50,208 bases of DNA from contig JAUCBJ010000198.1 in NCBI GenBank assembly GCA_032718475.1, positions 1-50,208 of the forward strand. The letters are read 5' to 3'. Below are positions 1-9,800 of the stretch, in pieces. Source of the DNA: Nemertoderma westbladi (Eukaryota; Animalia; Xenacoelomorpha). Position numbers and translations under genes: made by a program. The first letter of the stretch is position 1. The number at the start of each line of letters is the position of its first letter. Below the pieces are notes generated by a model. The model saw nothing but the letters and a program-made list of their open reading frames with translations. It ran no database searches and had not been told where the DNA came from.

Positions 1-743
1 TGGCCTCCAATCGGCAGAACTTAATCCTAAGTTTATGTTCTATCTATTCTTGATAAAAGCAAAGCAAGTAATTTTTGTAAAAAGTTGGTTCTAAAAAGCT
101 GTTTGGGCTAAATCTGTCTGGTATAATAAATTAATTATGACTAGGCTCATTGTGCATTTCATTGTAATGTTGTGATAGACATAAGAGCATATTGCTTAGG
201 AGAACTATAGAGAAACCCACCACACAGCACAAATATCAGTTAAAAATTATAAAAATTATAAAAGAGAGTTAAGTACAGAAGAGGCGATGTAGATTAATTA
301 GCATATGCTGCATATGACGTTCCTATCCCGTCTGGCCTTATGGCAGCCCAGCACCATCTTCCAGTCCAAGCCCATTTGATGCGTGACCCACGAACGCAAT
401 GGGATGCGCCTCGGATAAGGGCAAACTGTACTCGTGTCCTACTCTTACTGTCTTACTCGGGTAAATTGGTTAGCGTAAATTTGCGGGATTTCCGGCCTCG
501 GGACCGGGATTATCACTCTCGGGATCCCGTCTGCGTAAAACTTAACTATAAATAAACTACAGTAAACACTATATTACGTACAGTAACTAACGGTCCACAG
601 TCAAATTATTCATAAACCACAATAATTACATACAAAATAATAAACTATCTTAATTCAATTTAATACGATGCAGAGAGGTTCTAACCACGAAGACTATAAC
701 AGTCTACGAAACCAAGACTTCTCCATTTGGCTCAATATACAAT

Positions 744-919
744 ATATGCATTGCCTGTTTTGTCAAGTATATAAATATACCTTGCCTGTTTTGGCAAGTT
801 TGTAAATATACCTTGCCTGTTTTGGCAAGTTTGTAAATATACCTTGCCTGTTTTGGCAAGTATATAAATATAACTTGCCTGTTTTGGCAAGTTTGTAAGT
901 ATACCTTGCCTGTTGCCTG
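744..919. repeat. 31-bp minisatellite, left part of array 1
   Basis: Unit aaatataccttgcctgttttggcaagt(ttgt/atat). The array is split by the LTR insertion at 920. Confidence 0.95.
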
Positions 920-1453
920 TGTGACGGGATCTACGGATCCCGGTTTATCCGTTGGGTTTTCTATCCACGCGTCCCCGCCGTGTGTGAAAGGTAAAAGAGT
1001 TCTGGTGTTCGGTTATATGTATAAGGTATAATAGTCTGATATATGATATAGTATAGTATGACACAACAGGTAATATAAGTATGATGGCGGTAGCGGACGG
1101 TGACAGAAGTCCCCGTTCCACCCTACTGATCTGACTGAGTAAACTGAATGAATGATTACAGGTTACTGGTTATATTGCACGGTGGCCTTATTGCTACTCA
1201 ATCGATGCCTTTCCCCCCTCTGATTGGTTGATACCCTTGTTGGCACCCTTTGGAGTGTTTCCCGTTCACTCCCTGCTGTTCTCTCTCGGTTAGGGGTTTG
1301 GCCCCTGACCCTTATTGTGTGTGTCTCCTTTGGGGCCTATTGTCCCCGTTTACTGGGCTGACACGAGGTTGATTGGTAATCAACCTCGTGCTCCCAATAT
1401 TGCTTTATGGCTCACTCTATGGGTTTGTGTTAGCGGAATTGGATAAGCTAACA
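920..1453 (-). repeat. 3' LTR of element 1
   Basis: tgtgacggga...gctaaca, near-identical to 7345-7878 with a few substitutions and indels. Confidence 0.95.
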
Positions 1454-2039
1454 CTCCCCCCCATGCTATCTTCCCGGTGAGAAGATAGCATCCAACTAAA
1501 GTGCGCTACAATTCCGCTGGATCCCGATCTAGCATCGGGTGTGGGGTGGGTATATTTTTTCGGAGTCGGCTTTCCAGGCCGCTCCCTATGGGTATGATAT
1601 TGCTACCCTCTGGCGTTTCGTGTCGGGCCGATCGTGCGCTTCTCTCACACAATTTTTGTTTCCCCAACACTCTCACCACTCTACTCCAACTCTCGCATAC
1701 TCCCGGACCTCCTCGTCCCACACTCTTCCTCTCACTTCTCCTCCCCCACACTTGAATTGCGCCCACGCTCTCTTCGCACTCCGCACTATTACTCCATCCC
1801 TCCTTGACTACCTTATCCCTTCTGACGAATCTCACCCCCCCTCCGTGCCGTCGCACTCAGGAAATGTGAAATCGTCTGGCGTCTTGTCCCTAGTGCCATA
1901 GTCACTTAGCCCCCCAGTCCCAGTAGCTAATTGAGAAAGGTTGTATGACTATAGTACTTACACCACTATCTCCGCACCCGCACTATCACCTCTCCACTCT
2001 CTTGTCACTCCCTAAGGCTTTAATCTCTAATGCTACCCC

Positions 2040-3370
2040 TGTGCTATCATACTATCTACCTACTGCTTACTAACTCTAACTATCTAACTAACTCTGCTAA
2101 CTACTAACTCTTACTACTTCTAGCTCTAACTGAGAGCCTCTAACTTTCTACTGACTCTAACTCTCTACTAAGTCTAACTAACTCCTACTAACTTTCTACT
2201 TCTACTAACTCTACTTGACTCCTCTGAGTCTACCAACTCTGCTAACTAGCTCTACTAACTCTACTCCACTAGCTCTGCTAACTCTACTCCACTAGCTCTG
2301 CTAACTCTACTAACTAGCTCTACTAACTCTACTCCACTCTTCTAACTACGTGGCGCTTGCGGTGCCCACAACCACTCTACTATCTGGCACCCTATGTGCC
2401 CTTCTACTACTCAACTACCTCTCTAGCTCTACTACCTGGCACCCTATGTGCCCTCTCTGCTCTACTCTACTACCTGGCACCCTATGTGCCCTCTCTACTA
2501 CCTCTAACTCTCTAACTCTACTACCTGGCACCCTATGTGCCCTCTCTACTACTCTCTACTCTCTACTCTACTACCTGGCACCCTATGTGCCCTCTCTACC
2601 ACTCCTCTACTCCCCCTTTACGTCCATCGCCTACACGTGACGCTCTGAATGCCGGCAGAGTGGGTACGTTAATTATGTGAACTACTACTAACTCTAACTA
2701 ACTCTACTAACTCTCTACGTGGCGCTAACGGTGCCCACAACCACAACCGGTACTACGTACCCTCTTACTAACTCTACCTCTATCTACGTGGCGCTAACGG
2801 TGCCCACAACCACAACCGGTACTACGTACCCTCTTACTAACCTCTAACTCCCACTAACTCTAATTAACATACCCTGCTCTTACATCAAACACATCATCAC
2901 GCCCGTGCCCCACTAAGTTCAGCCCATTCCCTACTAACTCTAACTACGTGGCGCTTACGGTGCCCACAACCCTCTACTGCTACTACTTTCTATGTGGCGC
3001 TTACGGTGCCCACAACCATTCTACTACTAACTCTACTCTAACTAGCGGTACTACGTACCCTCTAACTCTTACTCTAACTATCGGTACTACGTACCCTCTA
3101 ACTCTAACTACCTAGCGGTACTTACGTACCCTCTAACTCTAACTAACTAGCGGTACTTACGTACCCTCTAACTCTCTTCTACTAACGGTACTACACGTAC
3201 TCTCCTACTAACTCTTCTACTAACGGTACTACACGTAGCCTCCTACTAACTCTTCTACTAACGGTACTACGTACCACCCTTTAACTAACTCTTCTACTAA
3301 CGGTACTACACGTACCCTCTTCTAACTAACTAACTAACTAACTAACTCTTACTACCTAACTTCTACCTAC
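2040..3370. repeat. Low-complexity modular repeat tract in the 3' region of element 1
   Basis: ctaact/ctact-rich background with recurring modules (gtggcgct..cggtgcccacaacc, cctggcaccctatgtgccct, cggtactacgtaccctct). Confidence 0.85.
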
Positions 3371-3392
3371 TCTATTATTTAATTATTTTTAA

Positions 3393-5498
3393 TTAAATAA
3401 TTATTTTATATTTTGTGCGTGGGAAGGGCGTCTCGCCCTCATTCCCACCCCCCTCAGTCCAAAACTTTGGACGACTAAAAACTCTCAGGTGCCCCTTCTT
3501 CCAGTAGGCACTCTCCTGCTGCCCTCCTATACGTCCTCTAACTCTTCGCCGCACTCTCTTCGGTGCCACCTTTGCTGGCCTCCCCCTTCGTGTGTGCGCT
3601 GGCATTAGAGCCCTCGACGACCCCCGCTCGTCCCTCGGTATACGCGGTGTCTGCTCATGTAATGCCCCCTCGCACTGTGTCCGTCCTGCGTGTGTATGCA
3701 ACACGCCTCCTTCTACTTTCCCGACTCCCTTATGTTTGCTAATGGGCTTCTCTGCCCCTGGTTTAGTCCTTTCATATCCTCTCTCTTTCCAACACTCTCC
3801 GGATCTGTGTCCTTTTACCACACATCGATGACATAGTCCGTTTGCGTCTGTGTAGGCTACACGATCTCGTTTGGGCAACGCTTGCCAGTACTTGCAACTC
3901 CTGGTCTTATGGGTTCCGTCCCGATGTAATTGACATTGGAATCCTGGATTATAGCGTTTCCTGTATAGTCCTTCACGTATCGCGCTTAGGTTTATATGTA
4001 CCGATTTAATGTTTCGATTGTCTAGACTCGGCCTACTGGGTATATTGGGATTGTGTTTATTATATATGGTGTTATTTTCTTTCTGTCCCTGCCACGGTGT
4101 GGCCCTGCTACCAGCTAACTGTGGACTAGCAGTCCCCTGTACGGCCGCGTGTGGTATTGACTGTCCGCACGACCTGTTCTCGTCCAAGGGGTTCGATGTT
4201 CTCGCTCCTATTGGGGTATATTGTCGATATTGTGATGGGGGAATGTCACCCTGTCCCCCCCCGGCCGGTATGTTTGGTACTGGGGTTGATGTTAATACAT
4301 TGGGGCCCATACGTCTATCTCCAATAACTCCCCCCTCCCCTGGATATATGTTATGTCCCTGTGTATTATAGTCATGCTGCTGTACCGATATAGGCCTACC
4401 TACCTCTCGCCTACCTACCGGTATGTACTCCGCGACTTCCGGGTTTAATCCCGTCATTCGCGCTACCCCATCGCCTACTCTATCTCTCCCAGCATGGCCT
4501 ATAATAGTATGTGCAGTAAGGCCTACAGTATGTCCTGCAGTCTGCATGTGCCCTTCCGAACCGAAGTTTATTCTTCGCGAATCTCGAATCTCCCCGCGAC
4601 TACTGCACTCTCGATCGGCAGCTATATCCCGTCGGGAAGCTTCTCTTCGATCCCCTATCCTGCTCTCGTCTTCGTATCGGTACGTCCTGTACCCCTCTCT
4701 TGGCGTGCGGTGCGTTTCTCCGGGGCGACGGCAATCTCCCGAAGTTCGACCCCACTGGCTCCCTGACTCCATCTCTACTGTCGACGGTCCGTTATCCGTC
4801 CTCGCACTGCTATCGTTCGTGGCGACACTTCTTCTACTATCTTCTCTTCTTCTCTTTTCTGTGTAGTATTCCGGCTCGTGAGGTCTCTCGTCGACCTCCC
4901 GGTTAAACTCCACTGTTCTTCTTCCCTCTTCTGATCGGGCTCGACGCTTCGTCTGCCCTCTCGCGACGTCAACCTGCCTCTCTCTGCTCGATCGCACGCC
5001 GCTGGGGATACTCGCAATCCCCTTATTACTCTCCGTCGCCGGGTGTTGCGGTTTACCTGATTCGGCCCGCGCATTATCCGCTGACGGCTGTGGGACACTC
5101 TCTGCCCCCCCTCTCTCTCTACTAATCTCTCGCGGTGGGGTGCCCGTAGCCCCCCCCCACCCGCCACTTCTAACTTCACTATTTCTTACTATACTTCTAC
5201 ACCCCTCTTGTGGGGCATTCTCTGCCCCCCCTCTTTCGCCACTAATCTTATTTGGTGGGGCGCCCGTAGCCCCCCCCCCCCACTCGCCACATCTAACTTC
5301 ACTATCTCTTACTTCGTCTCTACACCCCTCTCTAGTCGACGCACTGTCTTTACTACGGCTGGGTCTATTCACCCCCGCCTCTCTCTCTACTACTGCGTGG
5401 CCCACCAGGCCCACTTCGGGTTGGCTCAACCCCGCTACCTCCTGCCTACCAACTTCGTGGCCTACCAGGCCGCCATCGGGTTGGCTCAACCCTGCCAC
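3393..5498 (-). CDS. Gag-like ORF2 of element 1 with CCHC zinc knuckles
   Basis: 701-aa open frame. CQLHRDGTHKTRSC...LCHRCVVKGHRSGEC matches the BEL/Pao Gag knuckle arrangement. No ATG at the annotated start; lies in the -1 frame relative to ORF1. Confidence 0.7.
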   Translation of the reverse strand: MAGLSQPDGGLVGHEVGRQEVAGLSQPEVGLVGHAVVEREAGVNRPSRSKDSASTREGCRDEVRDSEVRCGEWGGGATGAPPNKISGERGGAENAPQEGCRSIVRNSEVRSGGWGGATGTPPREISRERGGAESVPQPSADNARAESGKPQHPATESNKGIASIPSGVRSSRERQVDVARGQTKRRARSEEGRRTVEFNREVDERPHEPEYYTEKRRREDSRRSVATNDSSARTDNGPSTVEMESGSQWGRTSGDCRRPGETHRTPREGYRTYRYEDESRIGDRREASRRDIAADRECSSRGEIRDSRRINFGSEGHMQTAGHTVGLTAHTIIGHAGRDRVGDGVARMTGLNPEVAEYIPVGRREVGRPISVQQHDYNTQGHNIYPGEGGVIGDRRMGPNVLTSTPVPNIPAGGGQGDIPPSQYRQYTPIGARTSNPLDENRSCGQSIPHAAVQGTASPQLAGSRATPWQGQKENNTIYNKHNPNIPSRPSLDNRNIKSVHINLSAIREGLYRKRYNPGFQCQLHRDGTHKTRSCKYWQALPKRDRVAYTDANGLCHRCVVKGHRSGECWKERGYERTKPGAEKPISKHKGVGKVEGGVLHTHAGRTQCEGALHEQTPRIPRDERGSSRALMPAHTRRGRPAKVAPKRVRRRVRGRIGGQQESAYWKKGHLRVFSRPKFWTEGGGNEGETPFPRTKYKIII

Positions 5499-7255
5499 CT
5501 CCTGCCTACCAAGTACGGACGTACATAGCCCGGCAGACGGGGGTCTGCCGGGCTATGTACGTCCGACACGCTCATATTAATAGCACCATTCCCAATATTA
5601 TTTGTTAAATCAATTAAATTATTAGAATTTGAAACGAGATTTAAATTAATTAAATTAGAGTTATTATTATTTTCAAAATTTAAATTGCTATTCGAATTAT
5701 TTGAATTATTTTGATTATTCCGAATATTTGAATTAATATTATTATTTGAATTTAAACTTAAATTACTACTACCGGGTAAAATATTATTTGCTGCAATAAA
5801 GGGATTAGGATTATCTACTACGGTACTATTAATGTTAACATTTCCTAACGTACTACTACTACCCCCCCCGCCCGTACGGCTACACCAGTTCTGGTTCTCC
5901 CGCCCGGTGTCTGTAAGTGGGGTCTCACCCTCCGACAGCTCCAACCGCGCCAGTTCTAGTCGGCGCTGATTCAGTTTGGCTTGATGTTGCATAATCCCCC
6001 TTAGTAGGGCATGCAAATCATCCCGCCTGCGCTTACACTCTATCCCTCTCTGTCGCATATTCTGCTCGGCCAACTCTGCCTCTCTCGCAATCATCTCAAG
6101 CCGCCTCGCCGGCTCGCTCTCTACTCCCATCTCTCGCTCTCTACACTCCTTGGCTCTCTCTCTAAACTCCTCGGCTTTCTCTCTATACTCCCTTTCCGAC
6201 TCTCCTAACTCCTCTGAGAATGCGGTTTCCTCTCTCAATTGTCTCTCTAACCCATTCTGCTCTGTCGCAACCATTTCTAATTTATACGCCATGCGTTCAC
6301 TCTCTCGCACCCGTCTTTCTTTTGCGGAGGATGTAGCAGACTTATCGGTTGCGACGGACTCCCGCCGCTCCTCCGTCCTACTAACTTTCCCCCGCCTCCC
6401 GGAACTTCCTCCGACCGACGAGACCGAATCCTCGGAGTTAACCTCGGATTCGCCCTCCCGCGGTCTCCTCCAACCCACTAATTTTACTCCCCGGGCATCG
6501 ACTAAGTATGGCCCTATGTACACTACATTAGGCTGCATACCCCTACACTCCCATAGTTCAACCAGTTCGTTGATAACTCCCCTCGCCCTCTCCTCGGCTA
6601 GTTCTCTCTGCCCAAAACGCATTAGGTAATCAAAGTGTCTATTCGACTCACCTAGTCGTTTCCTCAATCTCACCTCATCTATCTTCGCCCTTCCTTTGGC
6701 CTCTCTCAGTTGCTTCCGGGTCGCGAGGTAGGCTCGTCGGAGCCGGTCGCCGACTCCGACGTCCTCGTCGCCGACATCTCCTCTATCCTTCCATGTCCGG
6801 AGTCGTACCGTCGGCCCCACCGTCGCCCCTCCGGTGGACCGTTCGTCGTCCTCGGCCTGTGGCTGGCCGGCGACATCGGTACCGACATCTCCCTCATCTC
6901 TCCGGGTCCGGCGTTGTACCGGCGGCCCCACCGTCGCCGTTCCGGTGGACCGTCCGTCGTCCTCGGTCTGTGGCTGACCGGTGACATCGGTATGTCGACC
7001 CTCGCTCCGCGTCGACTCGTCTTTCTCTTCTCCTCCCTTCTCGTCTCCTTCCCTCGACTCGCTCTCCGGTTGTAGACGACCCCCCACATCTTGGTTCGCC
7101 GGGTTGCTCGTTATCGACGTGGCGTCAACCTGCGTCGACGTGGTCGGCGTAGCATCGACCGGCGTCGTGGGTTCGTATCGTCTCGCCGTGGCCTCGCGGA
7201 TCGTTAGATCGTCGTCTGGGGTCCGCGGCGGTGTCGTTCCTCTATCTCGACTCAT
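5486..7255 (-). CDS. ORF1 of element 1: coiled-coil/disordered, probable Gag N-terminal part
   Basis: 589 aa from an ATG ~90 nt after the 5' LTR. E/R-rich helical segment, 120-bp internal duplication, Asn-rich tract. Confidence 0.65.
   Translation of the reverse strand: MSRDRGTTPPRTPDDDLTIREATARRYEPTTPVDATPTTSTQVDATSITSNPANQDVGGRLQPESESREGDEKGGEEKDESTRSEGRHTDVTGQPQTEDDGRSTGTATVGPPVQRRTRRDEGDVGTDVAGQPQAEDDERSTGGATVGPTVRLRTWKDRGDVGDEDVGVGDRLRRAYLATRKQLREAKGRAKIDEVRLRKRLGESNRHFDYLMRFGQRELAEERARGVINELVELWECRGMQPNVVYIGPYLVDARGVKLVGWRRPREGESEVNSEDSVSSVGGSSGRRGKVSRTEERRESVATDKSATSSAKERRVRESERMAYKLEMVATEQNGLERQLREETAFSEELGESEREYREKAEEFRERAKECREREMGVESEPARRLEMIAREAELAEQNMRQRGIECKRRRDDLHALLRGIMQHQAKLNQRRLELARLELSEGETPLTDTGRENQNWCSRTGGGGSSSTLGNVNINSTVVDNPNPFIAANNILPGSSNLSLNSNNNINSNIRNNQNNSNNSNSNLNFENNNNSNLINLNLVSNSNNLIDLTNNIGNGAINMSVSDVHSPADPRLPGYVRPYLVGRRWQG
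5516..5565. other. Perfect 23-bp hairpin at the ORF1/ORF2 junction
   Basis: cggacgtacatagcccggcagac-gggg-gtctgccgggctatgtacgtccg. Confidence 0.95.
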
Positions 7256-7333
7256 CTTCGTCTTTAGAGGCTGGTCGTCGCTAGCTAGGACGGTAGCTCT
7301 ATTCTATCTCTGTCAGGGCAGCTGGGCGGATCT

Positions 7334-7344
7334 AGTTCTGTCAC
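7334..7344 (-). promoter_or_regulatory. Non-tRNA primer-binding site of element 1 (putative self-priming)
   Basis: Sense GTGACAGAACT directly after the LTR CA; complementary at 10/11 positions to sense ACTTCTGTCAC inside the LTR (7527-7537, 1100-1110). Confidence 0.6.
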
Positions 7345-7878
7345 TGTGACGGGATCTACGGATCCCGGTTTATCCGTTGGGTTTTCTATCCACGCGTCCC
7401 CACCGTGTGTGAAAGGTAAAAGAGTTCTGGTGTTCGGTTATATGTATAAGGTATAATAGTCTGATATATAGATATAGATATAGTATGACACAACAGGTAA
7501 TATAAGTATGATGGCGGTAGCGGACGGTGACAGAAGTCCCCGTTCCACCCTACTGATCTGACTGAGTAAACTGAATGAATGATTACAGGTTACTGGTTAT
7601 ATTGCACGGTGGCCTTATTGCTACTCAATCGATGCCTTTCCCCCCTCTGATTGGTTGATATCCCTGTTGGCACCCTTTGGAGTGTTTCCCTTCACTCCCT
7701 GTGTTCTCTCTCGGTTAGGGGTTTGGCCCCTGACCCTTATTGTGCGTGTCTCCTTTGGGGCCTATTGTCCCCGTTTACTGGGCTGACACGAGGTTGATTG
7801 GTAATCAACCTCGTGCTCCCAATATTGCTTTATGGCTCACTCTATGGGTTTGTGTTAGCGGAATTGGATAAGCTAACA
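7345..7878 (-). repeat. 5' LTR of element 1
   Basis: Direct repeat of 920-1453. Sense strand has CCAATCAGAG (~7646-7655), AATATAA (~7597-7603) and TCAGT Inr-like motifs (~7561-7575). Confidence 0.95.
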
Positions 7879-9070
7879 GCCTGTTTTGGCAAGTTTGTAA
7901 ATATACCTTGCCTGTTTTGGCAAGTATATAAATATACCTTGCCTGTTTTGGCAAGTTTGTAAATATAACTTGCCTGTTTTGGCAAGTATATAAATATACC
8001 TTGCCTGTTTTGGTAAGTTTGTAAATATACCTTGCCTGTTTTGGCAAGTATGTAAATATTCCTTGGCTGTTTTGGCAAGTATATAAATATACCTTGCCTG
8101 TTTTGGCAAGTATATAAATATACCTTGCCTGTTTTGGCAAGTATATAAATATACCTTGCCTGTTTTGGCAAGTTTGTAAATATACCTTGCCTGTTTTGGC
8201 AAGTATATAAATATACCTTGAGTGTTTTGGCAAGTTTGTAAATATACCTTGCCTGTTGCCTGTTTTGGCAAGTTTGTAAATATACCTTGCCTGTTGCCTG
8301 TTTTGGCAAGTTTGTAAATATACCTTGCCTGTTTTGGCAAGTATATAAATATACCTTGCCTGTTTTGGCAAGTTTGTAAATATACCTTGTCTGTTGCCTG
8401 TTTTGGCAAGTTTGTAAATATACCTTGCCTGTTGCCTGTTTTGGCAAGTTTGTAAATATACCTTGCCTGTTTTGGCAAGTATGTAAATATACCTTGCCTG
8501 TTTTGGCAAGTTTGTAAATATACCTTGCCTGTTGCCTGTTTTGGCAAGTTTGTAAATATACCTTGCCTGTTTTGGCAAGTATATAAATATACCTTGCCTG
8601 TTTTGGCAAGTATATAAATATACCTTGCCTGTTTTGGCAAGTTTGTAAATATACCTTGCCTGTTTTGGCAAGTATGTAAATATTCATTGGCTGTTTTGGC
8701 AAGTATATAAATATACCTTGCCTGTTTTGGCAAGTATGTAAATATTCCTTGCCTGTTTTGGCTAGTATATAAATATACCTTGCCTGTTTTGGCAAGTTTG
8801 AAAATATAGCTTGCCTGTTTTGGCAAGTATGTAAATATTCCTTGCCTGTTTTGGCTAGTATATAAATATACCTTGCCTGTTTTGGCAAGTTTGTAAATAT
8901 ACCTTGCCTGTTTTGGCAAGTATGTAACTATTCCTTGCCTGTTTTGGCTAGTATATAAATATACCTTGCCTGTTTTGGCAAGTTTGTAAATATACCTTGT
9001 ATGTTTTGGCAAGTATATAAATACACCTTGCCTGTTTTGGCAAGTATATAAATATGCATTGCCTGTTCTG
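7879..9070. repeat. 31-bp minisatellite, right part of array 1
   Basis: Same unit; some 38-bp variants carry an extra gcctgtt. Confidence 0.95.
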
Positions 9071-9086
9071 TATAGCTAACTAATAT

Positions 9087-9326
9087 AACTATATAGTAAG
9101 AATTGCTATGATGTTATTAATATTTTCACTTTTTTTAAATAACAAAATTATTTTGAAAAGAGCTACCCAATTCACCTTCACATAAATCGCTATAACTTTT
9201 TTTTGGAAATAGATATTGAGATCCCGTTTTTTTGTTAAAATCTCTGGAAAATTCTACATCTCATAGGCCTAATAACTCAAAATCGACATCCGGTGACATA
9301 AGGACCCTTTCTCGTGGCCACCCACA
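9087..9326. mobile_element. Right-end fragment of the TIR DNA element
   Basis: Matches ~22888-23128 including the right TIR. Left part absent in this copy; a short filler joins it to the minisatellite. Confidence 0.8.
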
Positions 9327-9439
9327 TATCTCGAAACAGGAAATGTCTACAAGGTAGGTCTACATCCTAAATTTGCATAGAGGATAAAACAAGCAGGAAA
9401 CGAGCTGTATCAACAAATCAGGCTGATAATATAACAAGT

Positions 9440-9662
9440 ATTATCAAGTCAAGTCAAGTTTGTCAAGTCAAGTGATGTCAATTCAGTATGTCAAGTCGTA
9501 TGGCGCCAAGTCAAACTACTATCAAGTCATGTGATGTCAATCAAGGCATTAATTATTAAGTGATGTCGAGTCCAATGATGTCAAGTCAAGTGTCATAAAA
9601 CCAAGTGATATCAAGTCAAATAATTTCAATTGATAAAAAGTGTTGTAAAGTCAAGTGATGTC
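9440..9662. repeat. Degenerate (GTCAA)n-rich tract
   Basis: caagtcaagtcaagt repeats; paralog at ~23240-23455. Confidence 0.7.
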
Positions 9663-9800
9663 ATATATCATCATGATAAATGACCATGATGTCTGTCACG
9701 GTTTTCTAATTATTGAAATTGCTTCCGTCAATTCGTTTTACCCACTGCATCGTACCCATCTTGTGAAATTCCACAATAAGAGGCAGGCAAAGAATCGCAA

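Larger units (their letters stand above)
920..7878 (-). mobile_element. Non-autonomous LTR retrotransposon 1 (BEL/Pao-like gag only, no pol)
   Basis: 534-bp LTRs with TG...CA ends. 5-bp TSD GCCTG (915-919, 7879-7883); empty site at ~17251-17280. PPT (ctccccccc on +, 1454-1462) next to the left LTR gives minus orientation. BEL-type zinc knuckles in ORF2; no RT, RNase H or integrase motifs. Confidence 0.9.

Noticed and set aside
340-555. 71-aa ORF present three times
   Set aside because: Recurrence is explained by the segmental duplication; no recognisable motif.
1506-1856. 116-aa sense ORF near the 3' end of element 1
   Set aside because: GTG start, purine-biased composition, no integrase or env motif.
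2040-3370. Telomere-like (CTAA) repeats
   Set aside because: Not a regular TTAGG/TTAGGG array; internal to an LTR element.
3592-7349. Numerous plus-strand ORFs of 60-160 aa
   Set aside because: Antisense shadows of the GC-rich element-1 ORFs.
7805-9012. Long minus-strand ORFs with LPKQARYIY repeats (also 17054-18401 and 43441-44402)
   Set aside because: Artefact of a stop-free 31-bp minisatellite; open in all three frames with the same cyclic peptide.
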